This document shows positions 24,824 through 42,612 of a stretch of 64,000 nt of DNA, one piece after another. The notes beneath the pieces are model-generated. The model did no database searches. It saw nothing but the letters and a program-made list of their open reading frames with translations, and had not been told where the DNA came from. The stretch lies in contig OZ024742.1 of the NCBI GenBank assembly GCA_964016885.1, positions 354,392,001-354,456,000 of the forward strand, in the 5' to 3' direction. This DNA is from Eledone cirrhosa. Lineage: Eukaryota. Both the position numbers and the translations under genes were made by a program. Each line of letters begins with the position of its first letter. The first letter of the stretch is position 1.

Positions 24824-27800
24824 TGCATTTATCTTGCTTTATGTTTATACGAGTTATCACCAAGTCACAACCAGTGACCTCAAGAGACAACAAGGTCCGC
24901 CATGTTCAAGAAAGAACACACATATTCACACATGCATCCTTAGTGTTTAGACTTGTGATGTACTTATATTGACAGGATCTTCCTTAGTATATGGGCAGTT
25001 CCCATTAGTACTATCTTTTGTATTTCTCCTATACGCGGGTTTCCTGGGATTTGCGATAAGTAGTCGTTAGACCCCTTAGGTATCATTCCCAGAGCGCCTA
25101 CAACCACTGGTATTGTTTTAGTTCTCAATTTCCACATTTTTCCAATTTCTATCTCCAGGTCCTTATACTTGCTCAATTTTTCAAATGTTTTTATAGATAC
25201 ATTCTTGTCTATTGGAACAGACATATCAATTAGCAGGCATACCCTCCTTTGAAAGTCCTTCAATATTATATCAGGTCTATTTGCATCTATTTTTCGGTCT
25301 GTTTGGATGCTAAAGTTCCACAAGATTGAGATGTGATCTTTTTCAAGTATGGGAGGTGGTTGATGCTCCCACCAATTCTTTTGATGGGGCAGGTCAAAAT
25401 GCTTGCACATTATCCAATGTATGTATTGTGCAGCTCTGTCATGCCTGTTTAGGTATTCGGTTGGAGCTATAGGACTGCACATTGAAATTATATGGTCAAT
25501 GGTCTCTGGTTGTTTTTTGCATACACGGCATAATGGGCTGCACCCATTTTTTATTATGTTGGCTTGGTAATTTTTTGTTGGCAGACACTGATCTTGCGCG
25601 GATATAATCAGTCCTTCAGTCTCCGATTTCAGTCCAGAGGATGCCAACCACTGATGGGTTAAAGTTTTGTCAACATCAGGATTGTTAGCTCGCTCTGGGT
25701 ATTTTCCATACAGAGGCTTTTCTTGCCATTTCTTAGCCAGTTTCTGTAGCAGTTCTTTCTTTGCAGTTACTTTTACCTGCTTTGCTTTTTTTGTGTTTTC
25801 CATTTCAGCAGTAAATGGGGCTTCTGAAATTTGTAGTCCATTACTGTATCTTTGTGCATCTTTTGTAATGGAATATGATCTTTTGGTGCTTTCGTGTTTC
25901 AAAACGAGTTTGATCATCCAATCATGTGATTCCCTTAGATATGTGGATAATCCAATTGTTGCAGTTTTCAACGCAATGTCTAACTGGATTAACCCACGTC
26001 CTCCTTCTTTCCTAGGGAGATATATTCTATCTATGTCTGCCTTAGGGTGATGCATTCTGTGCATGGTTAAGAATTTTCGGATTTTTGTATCGAGCCTACG
26101 GATCTCTGTGCTTGACCAGTAGATGACATTGTAACTGTAGGTTACTACTGGTATGGCAAGCGTGTTTATGGCATCGATCCTATTCCTTGCATTCAATTCC
26201 GTTCTTAAGATTGCTCTGACTCTGCGGTAACATTCCTTCCTTATCCTTTCCCTCATTGTCGAGTGCTTGATTCCGTCTCCTTCACAAACACCTAGATATT
26301 TGTAAGTTTGTTCTTGATCAAGCTCTCTTATCACGTTCCCCCGATCAAGATTAATGTCTGAACTCTTCAGCAGCTTTCCTCTGGTGAACGTTGCTTTGGC
26401 GCATTTATCCAGTCCAAACTCCATTTTAATGTCATCACTGAACTGCTTCACAGTGGATAATAGCCCTTGCAATTGTTCATCATTTTTTGCAAATAGTTTC
26501 AGGTCATCCATGTAGAACAGGTGATTAATGGTTTTGTCATAGACTCTATATCCATGTTTTGTTTCATTGAGCATTTTACTTAATGGTATAAGTGCGATGC
26601 AGAATAAAAGCGGTGATAAAGAGTCACCCTGAAAAATTCCACAATTAATGTTAACTTCTCCAGCTTCCAGTGATTTTGTTTCACTATTCAAAAGGAGTGT
26701 CGTTCTCCATGTCCTCATACTGAATGACAAAAACCTCCTGATAACGGGGGATATTTTGAAAATCTCTAAACATTTTTCAATCCAACTGTGTGGCAAACTA
26801 TCAAATGCTTTTTTATAATCTATCCAAGCAATCGATAGATTTTTGTGTCTATTATGACAATCTTCCAGTATCATTTTGTTAACCAGAAGCTGATCCTTAC
26901 AGCCATATGAGCCTCGTTTACACCCTTTCTGCTCAATGGGAAATAGGTCATTTGTTATCAGGTGGTCATATGTGTATTCAGTTAGGACTGATGTTAAAAT
27001 TTTATACATTGTGGTCAAGCAGGTTATCGGTCTGTAATTTTTGGGATTGTTTGTCTCATCATTCTTCGGTAGCAGGAATGTAATGCCGTTAACTAGTCAT
27101 GATGGTATCTTTTCTGGCTCCTTAACTATTTCATTGTAAAGTTGGGCTAACAGCTCATGAGACTCTGTGAAGGCATTTATCCAAAAGTTTTGTATTTTGT
27201 CTTTTCCTGGGGATTTCCATTTGCTGGTTTTTCTTAGAGCCAAGCGCAGCTGTTCAACTGTTATATTTTCCCATGTTTGTTCTTCAAGGTGAGCTGTTTC
27301 TTTCATTTGTCTGTCTATCCATGGGGCATGTATGTTATGAACTTTTTCTTCGGCCCAGATCTTTTCCCAGAATTCTTGCACTTCCTCCTTGGGTGGTATT
27401 GATTTAGCAGTTATTGTTGACTTACCAATTTTTCTGTAGAAGTTTCTTTGGTTGTTTTTGAACATATTATTGTCCTTATAGAATCTAGATCGTTTTTCAA
27501 AGCGCCTTATACGAGCAGCTTTGGCCGACACTTTTTGCTTGATTGTTTCTATCAGCATGTCTATGTCACATGTTGATCTTATACTGTACTTTTTTTTCAA
27601 TTTTCTAAGTTTAGTTTGTTTAACATGTTCACCTACTTTATAGTTTGTTAAAATTTCTATGTCAGATCGGAGAAGGTTTATTTGGCGATTGATGTTATCT
27701 TGCCAAGTAGATTTCTTGTGGGAATTCCTTTGTTTTTTCATCTTCACTCCACATAAGTGAGTGGTGACTTTAGCCGATGCATAATAGAGATGATTTAAGT

Positions 27801-27841
27801 CAGTAATGCTTAGTTTGTTTGTGATGATAATGTTTTTGAGA

Positions 27842-27842
<1 letters not shown>
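24824..27842 (-). mobile_element. Dong/R4 family A copy 2 (5'-truncated, one TGA at 27097-27099)
   Basis: Nearly identical to 11483-14421 but about 100 bp longer at the 5' end. (TAA)n flanks. Confidence 0.95.
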
Positions 27843-27882
<40 letters not shown>

Positions 27883-27905
27883 TATTATTATTATTATTAT
27901 TATTA

Positions 27906-27956
<51 letters not shown>

Positions 27957-28139
27957 GAGAGAGAGAGAGAGAGATATAAATATACATGGGTGTGTATGAT
28001 TGTGTATAGAAGATTATATTAATAAAAGGAATTACACCTTTGTCTGATTCTCTCGTTATATTTACAATCCTTTAAGATTTAGACTGGTATTAGAATGAAA
28101 TAGTATGGTAGAATATTAAATGTTAAGTGTTAATATAAG

Positions 28140-29205
<1,066 letters not shown>

Positions 29206-29211
29206 TATATA

Positions 29212-29321
<110 letters not shown>

Positions 29322-29338
29322 CATATATATATATTTGT

Positions 29339-29373
<35 letters not shown>

Positions 29374-29489
29374 AATACATATATATATATATGTGTGTAT
29401 ATATATCTGCATATAGAAACGTTTATATATATATGTGTATATATATATATATATACATACACACATATATATGTATATATACATATATA

Positions 29490-29563
<74 letters not shown>

Positions 29564-29575
29564 CATACACACATA

Positions 29576-29606
<31 letters not shown>

Positions 29607-29645
29607 GCATATATATGATAAGTGAGGCTTCCAAACGACTTAAAA

Positions 29646-29724
<79 letters not shown>

Positions 29725-30039
29725 GAAGGAAGTGTGGTAAGGAACGAGTTGTATCATAATGCACCAGAGTACTCAATACTTAGAGTAGTAGAGTGCGTAA
29801 TAGGAACATTTTCAACCGCGTCTGCAGAGCGCAACCCGTTTCGACGGCTATTTCTGGACTAAATCATAGTTTTTAGCGTCGTAATAAATAGCCGAAATTG
29901 TCTAGGGGTAATTCCTTAAATTGGAAGATTGTAGTAGTCAAAAGGATTGGCCAAAACGTCTTGTAAACACAATTAAATATTTCATGGTGGTGGGTTGGAG
30001 GTTGTGGTGGCTGAACTTGCACCCCACAATGCTGAGATT

Positions 30040-30660
30040 GCAACACCATTCGGGAAAATCTACTTTAGGCTCCTCGAAAAACACTTCCCACCACAACACC
30101 GCTACCAAAACATATTCAACAAAAACACTATCAAACCCTCCTACAATACCACTACCAACTTCGCACAAAACATCACCTCCTTAAACAACAAGAAACTCAA
30201 CTCCTATGGAAGAAACAATCTAGACATTAGTGGAGAGCCGACCAGGAGGTGTAACTCACTTGATAGATCTACGTACCCCCTCAACAACAGATGCCGAAAA
30301 CCTAACGTGATCTACCAATGCAACGTGTTGACGGAAAACTCCAACAAATCCTATATAGAATTAACCGGTTGTGACTTTAAGGCCCGGCTCTACCAACACC
30401 GACATAAGTTCAGAAACGCCGCCCGGCGACATGCCACAACACCTTCTGGCCACCTCTGTGACATCCAAGATAATAACATAACATACAATCTTACTTAGAG
30501 CTTAGTGTCCTACGCGGGAGGACGCGGTCAGTGTAGTTTATGCTCGGAGGAAACAATACAGATGCTCTTTACGAATGACCAACAAAAAATACTACTTGTA
30601 ATTGCATGTAAACACCAATTGCGAAGGATTTACCTCGCCCGCAAACAACCTCATGACCAG
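30040..30660 (+). pseudogene. Naiad-type PLE 3' fragment (linker plus GIY-YIG), decayed
   Basis: LLEKHFPPQHRYQNIFNKNTIKPSY..KSYIELTGCDFKARLYQHRH..CSLCSEE..ACKHQ. Confidence 0.85.
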
Positions 30661-32457
30661 GGATGTGTAGCCAATGGCTGCAATATCCTTCGTTTCCCCA
30701 CTTGCCGAACAAGATAGGGGTAACCCCAGCTTACATAGGTAGATCTACACTTTCCTTTTTACCCTTTATCTTTTCTTCTCACTTACTTCCACACCCTCTC
30801 CTCTTTCTTGTCCCCGTTTCTCTTTCGCCTACTCTGAGGCAGCCCATCGGGCTTTTGTCGTCCCAGTAAATTCTATAAAGTATCGCCCGAAAACGCAATA
30901 CCAGCTAAAAATATAGCAGCTGCAAGATGTTTTTATTATTTCTTCTTCTTAATTCATTTATTATTTTTACCTATTTTTTAATATCAAATTAATAACATTT
31001 TAATTTTATAACTTCCACTCCCAGATTCCTTCAGAATTCTCATTCGCCTGCTTTCTTACTAGCACAATTTCATACACATTCCTTAGAATTAGATGTATAG
31101 AATTCACTTTCAACGCTTGACCAGCTCCACCCACTCGCGCATTGTTCTACAGGCAAGTTCAGCCACCACCACCTCCCACCCACCGCCATGAAAGATTTAA
31201 TTGTGTTTACAAGAAATTTTGACAAATCCTTTTGACAACTACAATCTTCCCATATAAGGAATTTCCCTTTGAAAAGTTCGGCTATTTATTACCAAGCAAC
31301 AAATTATAATTTAGTCCATGGTGGATGCCAACTCTGCTAGGAGTATTGCAATCGTATGTCAGATTTCAGAAAATGGTGCAGCTTTAGGCTATGGCCAGCC
31401 ACACATACCTGTAACATATTCTGAACAATCAATGTCTATGCTTTGAAGGTTTTTTAAGTGTTTTAAGTGGCGAAAAGCCTTTGGTACTCGAGCAATCACA
31501 CTATCTGAGCATCGAAAACACTACCCGAAACACTGGCCCCATATGACAAGCATGAAATATTGTATGTTTTGTTTATGTGGTTTTAATTGTTTGTGAGAAT
31601 GTGTTGATGATTTTGTTGGTGTTCTTTCGGTTGTGTCTGTGTTTTATTTTGGAGGCGGAATTTGACAACTGACCTTGTTTCACCACGTGGTGTTCAATGT
31701 TGCTGAAGGTCCTTGTATTGGTGTTGTTGCTGGTGGTTTTGTTGGTGTTGGTGTTGGTTGTGGTCCTCGCCCCAGCGTCAGCAGAAATAAAGCCATTCGA
31801 CCCTCTTATATCTTTCAACCGTTGAGGGCAGAAGGCTAGCAAATGAGTTTTTTGCCTGCAATGCGGACTTGCACCTCAGTCATAATATGTATTACCGTCC
31901 CGTTCTAAAGACGGATGCAGTCCGGGATATATTTTACATTCCTCGGCCTGATTTGGAGATACTTCTCCAGATCAACCCCGGACCAGTCATCTCTAGCCGT
32001 CCTTGTAACCTCTATCAGGACTGTATCCGTCCCCTCCACAATCACGCGTCATAGGAGTCACTACATGTCAAATCCAGGTGGGATCCTGGGAATGTTCTTT
32101 TTCCCATGTGGGAAGGGTACATTATCACCTTCCTGGTTTTGCAAGGGTTCATTGCATGTTTTATAGCAAGGTCTACCGACATAAACAGCCCCGTAATGGT
32201 CACGTAGTGGCTTCCCCGCGCTATGCATTCAGTGCTAACCATGATGCATTTCCGCGCGGTTTCAACAACTGCCTTTGCAATTAAAACCAGCCTCGACGTT
32301 TTGCCGAGATGCGTCTGTAATGCACTGGTCAGCGCTCCACTGCCTCAATAGCTTTTACCGGGAAAGTTAAACTTAATGGTATAAGTCCAGTGATATCACT
32401 GGACCTATATCCTTAAGTTCAAATGAAGATATGTCACTATCTTAACACCAATTATTA

Positions 32458-32518
32458 TATTTTATGTGACGAAAGCTTACTTAAATATTAGTACCCTTGA
32501 AATACGTATAATAAAATA
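32458..32518 (+). ncRNA. hammerhead, TATTTTAT-stem family (C3 mutated)
   Basis: TATTTTAT-GTGACGA-AAG..CTT-GAAA-TACGTA-TA-ATAAAATA. Confidence 0.6.
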
Positions 32519-32585
32519 AATATGGTTTTATAGAGATATCCATTTATTAATATTATTAATATTAATATATATATATATATATATA

Positions 32586-34410
32586 GTAATAATAATAAAA
32601 TTGAAGACTAACATCCAAAGGGGGCTCGATAATATCAAATATATAAGAACCGTAGAGCAAATATTTATTAACATAACAGATTAAAGTTTAAGCAAAGAAT
32701 CGCTGCTTTCACCCTTAACGGGATCTTCTGAAACTAACAAAGTCAATCTGTAAACGCAGAACTGGATATTTAAAAAATCGTTGCAACCGGAGGAAGACAG
32801 GAAGCCGATACTTTGGTTCGTGGTAACGTTCGCTGGCAAAGAACGGGAAAAAACGAATGATACGTCATTAATAGGAGCGGTGAAAAACAATTACACGCAA
32901 ATGCAAAACCACGTTTATGGTATAAAAGAGGTCGTAGACTAAAATTCTTAGGTGGTGCATAGAGACGTTCTCTGGCAATGAACGAAAAAACGAAGATAAT
33001 AAGTCATACGTGGAGCGTGGAGAACAATAGCACGCAAAGACAAAACCACGTAAATGGTATACCAGAAGTCCTAGACTAAAATTCTAACTAGGAGATCAAA
33101 TGAATCTCCGCTACAGAGTTAAGAACAAAGTAAATAAATACAATACAGAAGTAATAGAAACAAATAAATACATACACGCAAACAGATACGTGCATACACA
33201 AGCATACGCAAAACCTTACCATAGGTATACAAAATCACGCACATATAAATATGTGTGTGTGTGTATGCTTGTGTACAAATAAATAAATAATTATATAAAC
33301 GTTTATAAGTAAATAAATACGTATATAACAAGCGAACACGCATACCTACATATAAATACACGAATGTTCGGAGACGTAAGTCAACTAAAACAAGAAGTAC
33401 ACATATACACACACCCACCATACGTACGAACCTGCATATTCACGCAGACGCAAAACTCCCGTATACACATAGCCAAACCCTAAATACCAGAATATGTAAA
33501 AATTATACGCCATAACAGTCAAATATAAGTACGAGAAGGTATACATACATTCACAAAACATACGGGTAATATATACTTACCAATGCAAATAAGTAAAGGA
33601 ATAAACAAAACATATACTTAGCTCCCACATCAAGACGTAAAATATCCACGTATAGATCGTGCTATCCGTTAGTGTATAACATGGGGCTGTAATACAGGAA
33701 AGTTTTGTGCAATTTATGTTTACAAGCCGAAATTGCCTCAGATTTTTTGTTTAAGATGTGGTCTGTGGCGTAAAGTATTTCCAGGGCCTCAGCGGCGCAG
33801 AGGTCACATGGTCTTATATTTCCGTTATACGATCTAGCCCCAGCTAGGATCTCCCAGTGTAACTTATATTGGGTGTGGTTGTCTTTTAGACTCCAGATAT
33901 AAGCTGAAAGTGACGTCATATTCCTTCTTAGAGGGTAACGAAAAGAATGGGTATGCATGTAAAGACGCTGCTTGAAACTATTGGCGGTTAACCCTATGTA
34001 GGCCCTACGGGACGTGGGTGTTACCACCTTACATTTGTAGACAATGTTACTAGAGAGGCATTTCCCGGATAGGGGGCAATCAGCCCGTTTCCTACAATTA
34101 CAGTTAGTATTAACTACAGGGTTGCACTTGTCTCTATGCACCACCTCTTTTATACCATAAACGTGGTTCTGTCTTTGCGCGTAATTGTTTTTCACGGCTC
34201 CTATTAATGACGTATCATTCGTTTTTTCCCGTTCTTTGCCAGCGAACGTTACCACACACCAAAGTATCGTCTTCCTGTCTTCCTCCGGTTGCAAAGTTTT
34301 TTGAAATATACAGTTCTGCGTTTACAGATTGACTTTGTTAGTTCCAGAAGATCCCGTTAAGAGTGAAAGCAGCGATTCTTTGCTTAAACTTTAATCTGTT
34401 ATTTTAATAT
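32586..34410 (-). mobile_element. 5'-truncated Naiad-type PLE with 3' pLTR and a 5' inverted pLTR copy
   Basis: GIY-YIG 33662-34130 (CNCRKRADCPL..AYIGLTANSFKQRLY..CDLC). 32665-32966 is inverted relative to 34130-34410. The sense-strand hammerhead lies at 32677-32750. (TA)n flanks. Confidence 0.9.
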
Positions 34411-34411
34411 G

Positions 34412-34519
<108 letters not shown>

Positions 34520-34534
34520 AATATATATATATAT

Positions 34535-38043
<3,509 letters not shown>

Positions 38044-38194
38044 CAGAAGTGGTATTTAATTGTAGGAATTCCGACAAAGATAAATGTTTATAACTGATTT
38101 AGAGCACAATTTTTTATCCTTTTTTAAACATTACTTATCTCTTATAAATTATTAAAAAAAATATATTTTATTAGATTTATAACCACTAACTAAT

Positions 38195-38375
38195 TATTTC
38201 TACGTTTGGCACAAGGCCAGAAATTACCCAGAGCATTACTGGTCATTTATTTTATCGACTCCGTAAGGATGAAAGGCAAAGTTAACCTCGGCAGGATTTG
38301 AACTCAGAATGGCAAGGGCCGTAACTTTATACGTCAAAGCATAGCGTCCGACCCTCTACCGATACTTCCAATCCA
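38195..38375 (-). mobile_element. tRNA-derived SINE
   Basis: Reverse complement has A box TGGAAGTATCGG, B box GAGTTCAAATCC, GCCTTTCATCC..GTCGATAAA and tail CCTTGTGCCAAACGTAGAAA. Confidence 0.8.
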
Positions 38376-39002
38376 TATCTTTCATCATTTATACTTGTTT
38401 TGACAAAATAGTCTCATACTAACGAATAAATAAACAAAAATGAAGTGTTTCCGTATCTTCCCGTTTTAAAATATATAAATATAAATATTCTTATTAACTC
38501 AGTTAATTTAATTTAATTTAACTTAATATTTACTTACATTAGTACAAAACCAATGTCCCCCATAACTCATTAAAACAATTATCTATAACACAATATACCC
38601 ATCTATTCATTTATTTATCTATTTATTTATTTATTTATCTATATACTTATAACAGAACATATATTAGAAACGAATTTTAAACAACGAATAATCGTAAATA
38701 CACATAATATTAGATTTATACTTAGAATATATCTCAAATTAACGTTATATTCATCTTCTCTTGTCTATTTCTTCTCTCTACCTATTTCGTAATATTTGTT
38801 ATCTTCATCCTTATATATTTTTTCTCTCTCTCTTTGTCCAGTGTCATAAAAATAAACGGTTGTTTTTCAATTATTTACATATTCATTTGCATATTCACAC
38901 ATACGATTGAATAATCCCTAATATATTTTCACTATCGAGTGAATTTCCAACCGATAAGGTGTGATTTTCATGGTTACGTCTCTATTTAAAAAAAAGACTT
39001 TG

Positions 39003-39067
39003 TATTGTATCTGATGAAAGCGTACCAATGTTGTCTTGGTTACCCTTGAAATATATATAATAAAATA
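39003..39067 (+). ncRNA. type I hammerhead, TATTTTAT-stem family
   Basis: TATTGTAT-CTGATGA-AAGCGTACCAA..TTGGTTACCCTT-GAAA-TATATA-TA-ATAAAATA. Confidence 0.75.
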
Positions 39068-39106
39068 AATATGGTTTTATAAATATAGTTTTCATTTATT
39101 TAATAT

Positions 39107-39201
<95 letters not shown>

Positions 39202-39203
<2 letters not shown>

Positions 39204-39410
39204 TATTAAAATAACAGATAAAAGTTTAAACAAAGAATCGCTGCTTTCACCCTTAACGGGATCTCCTGAGACGTTAAGGGTGAAAGCAGCGATTCTTTGC
39301 TTAAACTTTAATCTGTTATTTTAATAAATATTTGCTCTACGGTTCCTATATATTTGATATATATTTATCCTTATCGAGCCCTCTTTGGATTGTTGTCTTA
39401 AAATTTATTA

Positions 39411-39420
<10 letters not shown>
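39202..39420. repeat. fold-back of the U4A-hammerhead pLTR family
   Basis: 39202-39258 and 39272-39330 are near-perfect inverted arms separated by a ~13 nt spacer. Confidence 0.8.
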
Positions 39421-39464
<44 letters not shown>

Positions 39465-39485
39465 TGCTGTTTAATATAGGAAAGA

Positions 39486-39532
39486 CTTCTACAGGACTAG
39501 AATTATTTCATTCAGAGGAAATCATCCGGAAA
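39486..39532 (-). ncRNA. decayed hammerhead; related copies at 44342-44388 (minus) and 44388-44435 (plus)
   Basis: TTC-CGGATGA-TTTCctctGAAT-GAAA..CTG-TA-GAAG. The 44342 copy has CTGATGA and stem III ACAGT/ACTGT. Confidence 0.55.
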
Positions 39533-40160
39533 GCAGAGAGTTCTTATATATGTATTTATTTATAGATATATACATAAATTACACATATATTTCTGCTAAT
39601 TACATAATATTATTTCTCGTCACTCTTCATTTTGGCAAGGTATCTCATCGTCTATTAATTATATTGTATATTTCAAATTTCTTGCTTTCAATTCTTTTTT
39701 TAAGTATCAAATTATTTTCGAGAAAAACTATCAGCATTGCATTTTTTCCTCATATTTGTTAATATACTGGCACGAAAAAATAAAATTCTTGGCATTGCCA
39801 GCTTCAATGTAAAACGATGTTGTTTGATCATCTTCAAAATCACATTCATAATTAGGTAAGCTCCAAAAATATACATATAATTTCTTGTGAAAGATTGATA
39901 TTGAACCAAATCTTATCCCGCGATTGTAAATAATATAAATATATATATTTTTTATCAGTTGCATTGCCTCTTTCAAATTATAGGACTTCCTTTAACCAGA
40001 GTGAAGTAATCACAGGTTATTTTAGTTTGTAACTATTCTTTCATGAATTTCATATATATTATCTTGTTTCGGTATCTTTAAAATATTGTTTCCAAAATTA
40101 CATTTACAAAGATCATATGTGCTCGTGTATGTCAAATTAAACCGACATAAATATGCTTAG

Positions 40161-40191
<31 letters not shown>

Positions 40192-40254
40192 TGTATGTAG
40201 GTATGTAGGTATGTATGCATGTATGTATGTATGTATGTATGTATGTATGTATGT

Positions 40255-40560
40255 TATCTCTTTCTCTTAATTTCGAGTATATTTTTGACAGGCCAACTTC
40301 CTGGTGGCAAGGTTGTAAAAGAAATGAAATTGTCATCCCTTGAATCGCAAGAATGTTTTGCAAATTTTGAAGGTACCAGCTATCGCAGCCATTTGTATAC
40401 TATGAATTAGGGAGCTGCGCTATGTGTCCGCAAATCCAAGTTCAGTTATACATTGCTCTAAGCGGGTTGATATATAACCCGTAGCTCCAATAATGATGGG
40501 TATGAAGCTAAAGGTGTATTTTGTATACTGGATTTGTAAAAACTCATCAATGGTCCTTAG
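40255..40560 (-). mobile_element. R4/Dong-type RLE 3' stub in (TACA)n
   Basis: LQIQYTKYTFSFIPIIIGATGYI..GTFKICKTFL; (TATG)n on both sides. Confidence 0.8.
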
Positions 40561-40599
40561 ATGTATGTATGTATGTATGTATGTATGTATGTATGTATG

Positions 40600-42217
40600 T
40601 TCTTCTGGTTTTATAATTTCACATCGTTTTACCAATAGAGAGAGAGTCGGTTTCTAACATAGACACAAGACTCTCTTATTGGAATTTACTCAACATCAAC
40701 TAGGTAGATATGTATGTATGCATGCATGTGTAGATATGGATGTTATTGTATGTGTGGATGTGTATATTTTGAGTTTTATATGTGCATGTTTATATGCTTT
40801 GTATCTGTACATGTATATATGCAGTTACTAGATGCAACATTTTTGGAATGTTTTACATACTTTTAATGTTCCATTAATGGATTGTACTTGTAGTTTCCTA
40901 ACTAGTTGTGTTCTTTCTGTTCCTGTGAAACCTAGCTTCTCAAGATTTGTATTGAGGCAGTTACTAACATATCCCATTGCCCCAATAATCACAGGCATAA
41001 ATCTGAAGGTGTAATCAGGGTGGAGTATCTGCAGATTTCTCATCAGTTCTGCATAAATATTCTCCTTTTCACTAATTTTTGATATTATATTGGCATCTTC
41101 TGGGCAGCTAATTTCCACTACTGTGCATGTTTTCTTCTCCCTGTCCCATATCATAATACCTGGTCTGTTATGCCTGCATTTTATTGGGGTTTTTACTGGA
41201 ACATTCCACCAGTACTCTTTCACATTATGTACATAGATGTCTTCCAAATTGTTGTAGCTTTTAATGTGTTTATTATCGGGGCTATCTTTTTTTACGAACT
41301 GCATGGACAGTGTTTTGGTCACTACATCATGCCTCATAGGTAAATAGTACCGCGATGACATCTTTGGGCAGCTGCTGATGACATGGGTGATATCCTCGAT
41401 GTTTTTTCTGCAGAGTCTGCACTTGTTATCACATCTAGGTGTTTTGCCTGCGTCCGTATCTCTTTTGTGAATCAGGTATTTCGTACTAATCTCCTGTTCT
41501 TGGATTGCCAAAGCGTATCCTGCAAAGTGGGAGCCAATATAACGGTTGTTGGTCCAAGATAGACTACTTTTCTTATCTATATTACTCTCATTCTGGAGCT
41601 TCCTGGCAACATATCCATGCATGATTCTTTGCTGATTAGCATGCAGTTTTTCATCCATGGATTCACTGCGATACTGCTGAGCGATATCCCTGGGTGTGAG
41701 TTTTTGATTATCGCAGAGGGAATATCTCTCAAGGAGTTCCTTCCCAACTCTCATGATCTTTTGTGTTTCATGCAGATAGACTTGCTTGAGAAGCGGGCTC
41801 CTACACTTCGAGGTTCGTAGATGTTGTCTGAGAGATATGATGCGACATTCAAATGTTGTCTGGACTGATGTTAGGCCTCTGCCTCCCTGCTTACTTTTCA
41901 AGTAAAGGCGGTTTATGTCACTGTTGATGTGGAAGTTTCCAGTGTTGTTCAGTATTTTTCGAGTTCCAACATCAACTGCTCGGATTTCGTGTATCGTCCA
42001 ATTGCGTATTCCAAACGTTGGTGTTAGGACAGGCACAGCAAACCCATTGTGAGCCACTGTTTTGTTTTGCGCAGAGAGTTCCGATGACCAGATCTTTCTT
42101 AATCGGGTGTAGTATTCCCTGGTTACGTGTTCTTTATTAAAGATACCATTATAGGAAATGTTCTCATCTATCCCCAGGTATTTGTAGCAGTCCTCATCAG
42201 ATATCGGTGAAACAGCA
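40600..42217 (-). mobile_element. R4/Dong-type RLE non-LTR retrotransposon (family C, 5'-truncated) in (TACA)n
   Basis: YKYLG, RLYLK..GGRGL, QEQEI, CRLCRKNIEDITHVISSC, RHD and HNRPGIMIWD..EISCP..EKENIY. The poly-HTYI N-terminus is translated microsatellite. Confidence 0.9.
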
Positions 42218-42612
42218 CGTATGTATGTATGTATGTATGTATGTATGTATGTATGTATGTATGTATGTATGTATGTATGTATGTATGTATGTATGTATGT
42301 ATGTATGTATGTATGTATGTATGTATGCATGTATGTATGTATATATATATATATGTATATATGTATGTGTTAAATCACTCTTGAGTGATACTGGTAACAT
42401 GTAAGCCAGTACAACCAGTCGCATAGTCGGGTTGTCGGCTAATAAACTGGCACACCTACAAAATTTACTTGATGAGGAGAGTGATTTAGGACACCCTGCA
42501 AGTCAAAAAACAAAATCTGACAAAGGGCGCAAGAACGGCGATCCAAAATTGTGTAAATATGTATATACACATGTACATATGTATATGTATGTATATGCGT
42601 GTGTATATGCCT

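Noticed and set aside
39540-40150. AT-rich unique segment with short minus-strand ORFs
   Set aside because: No recognisable motif or consistent splice structure.
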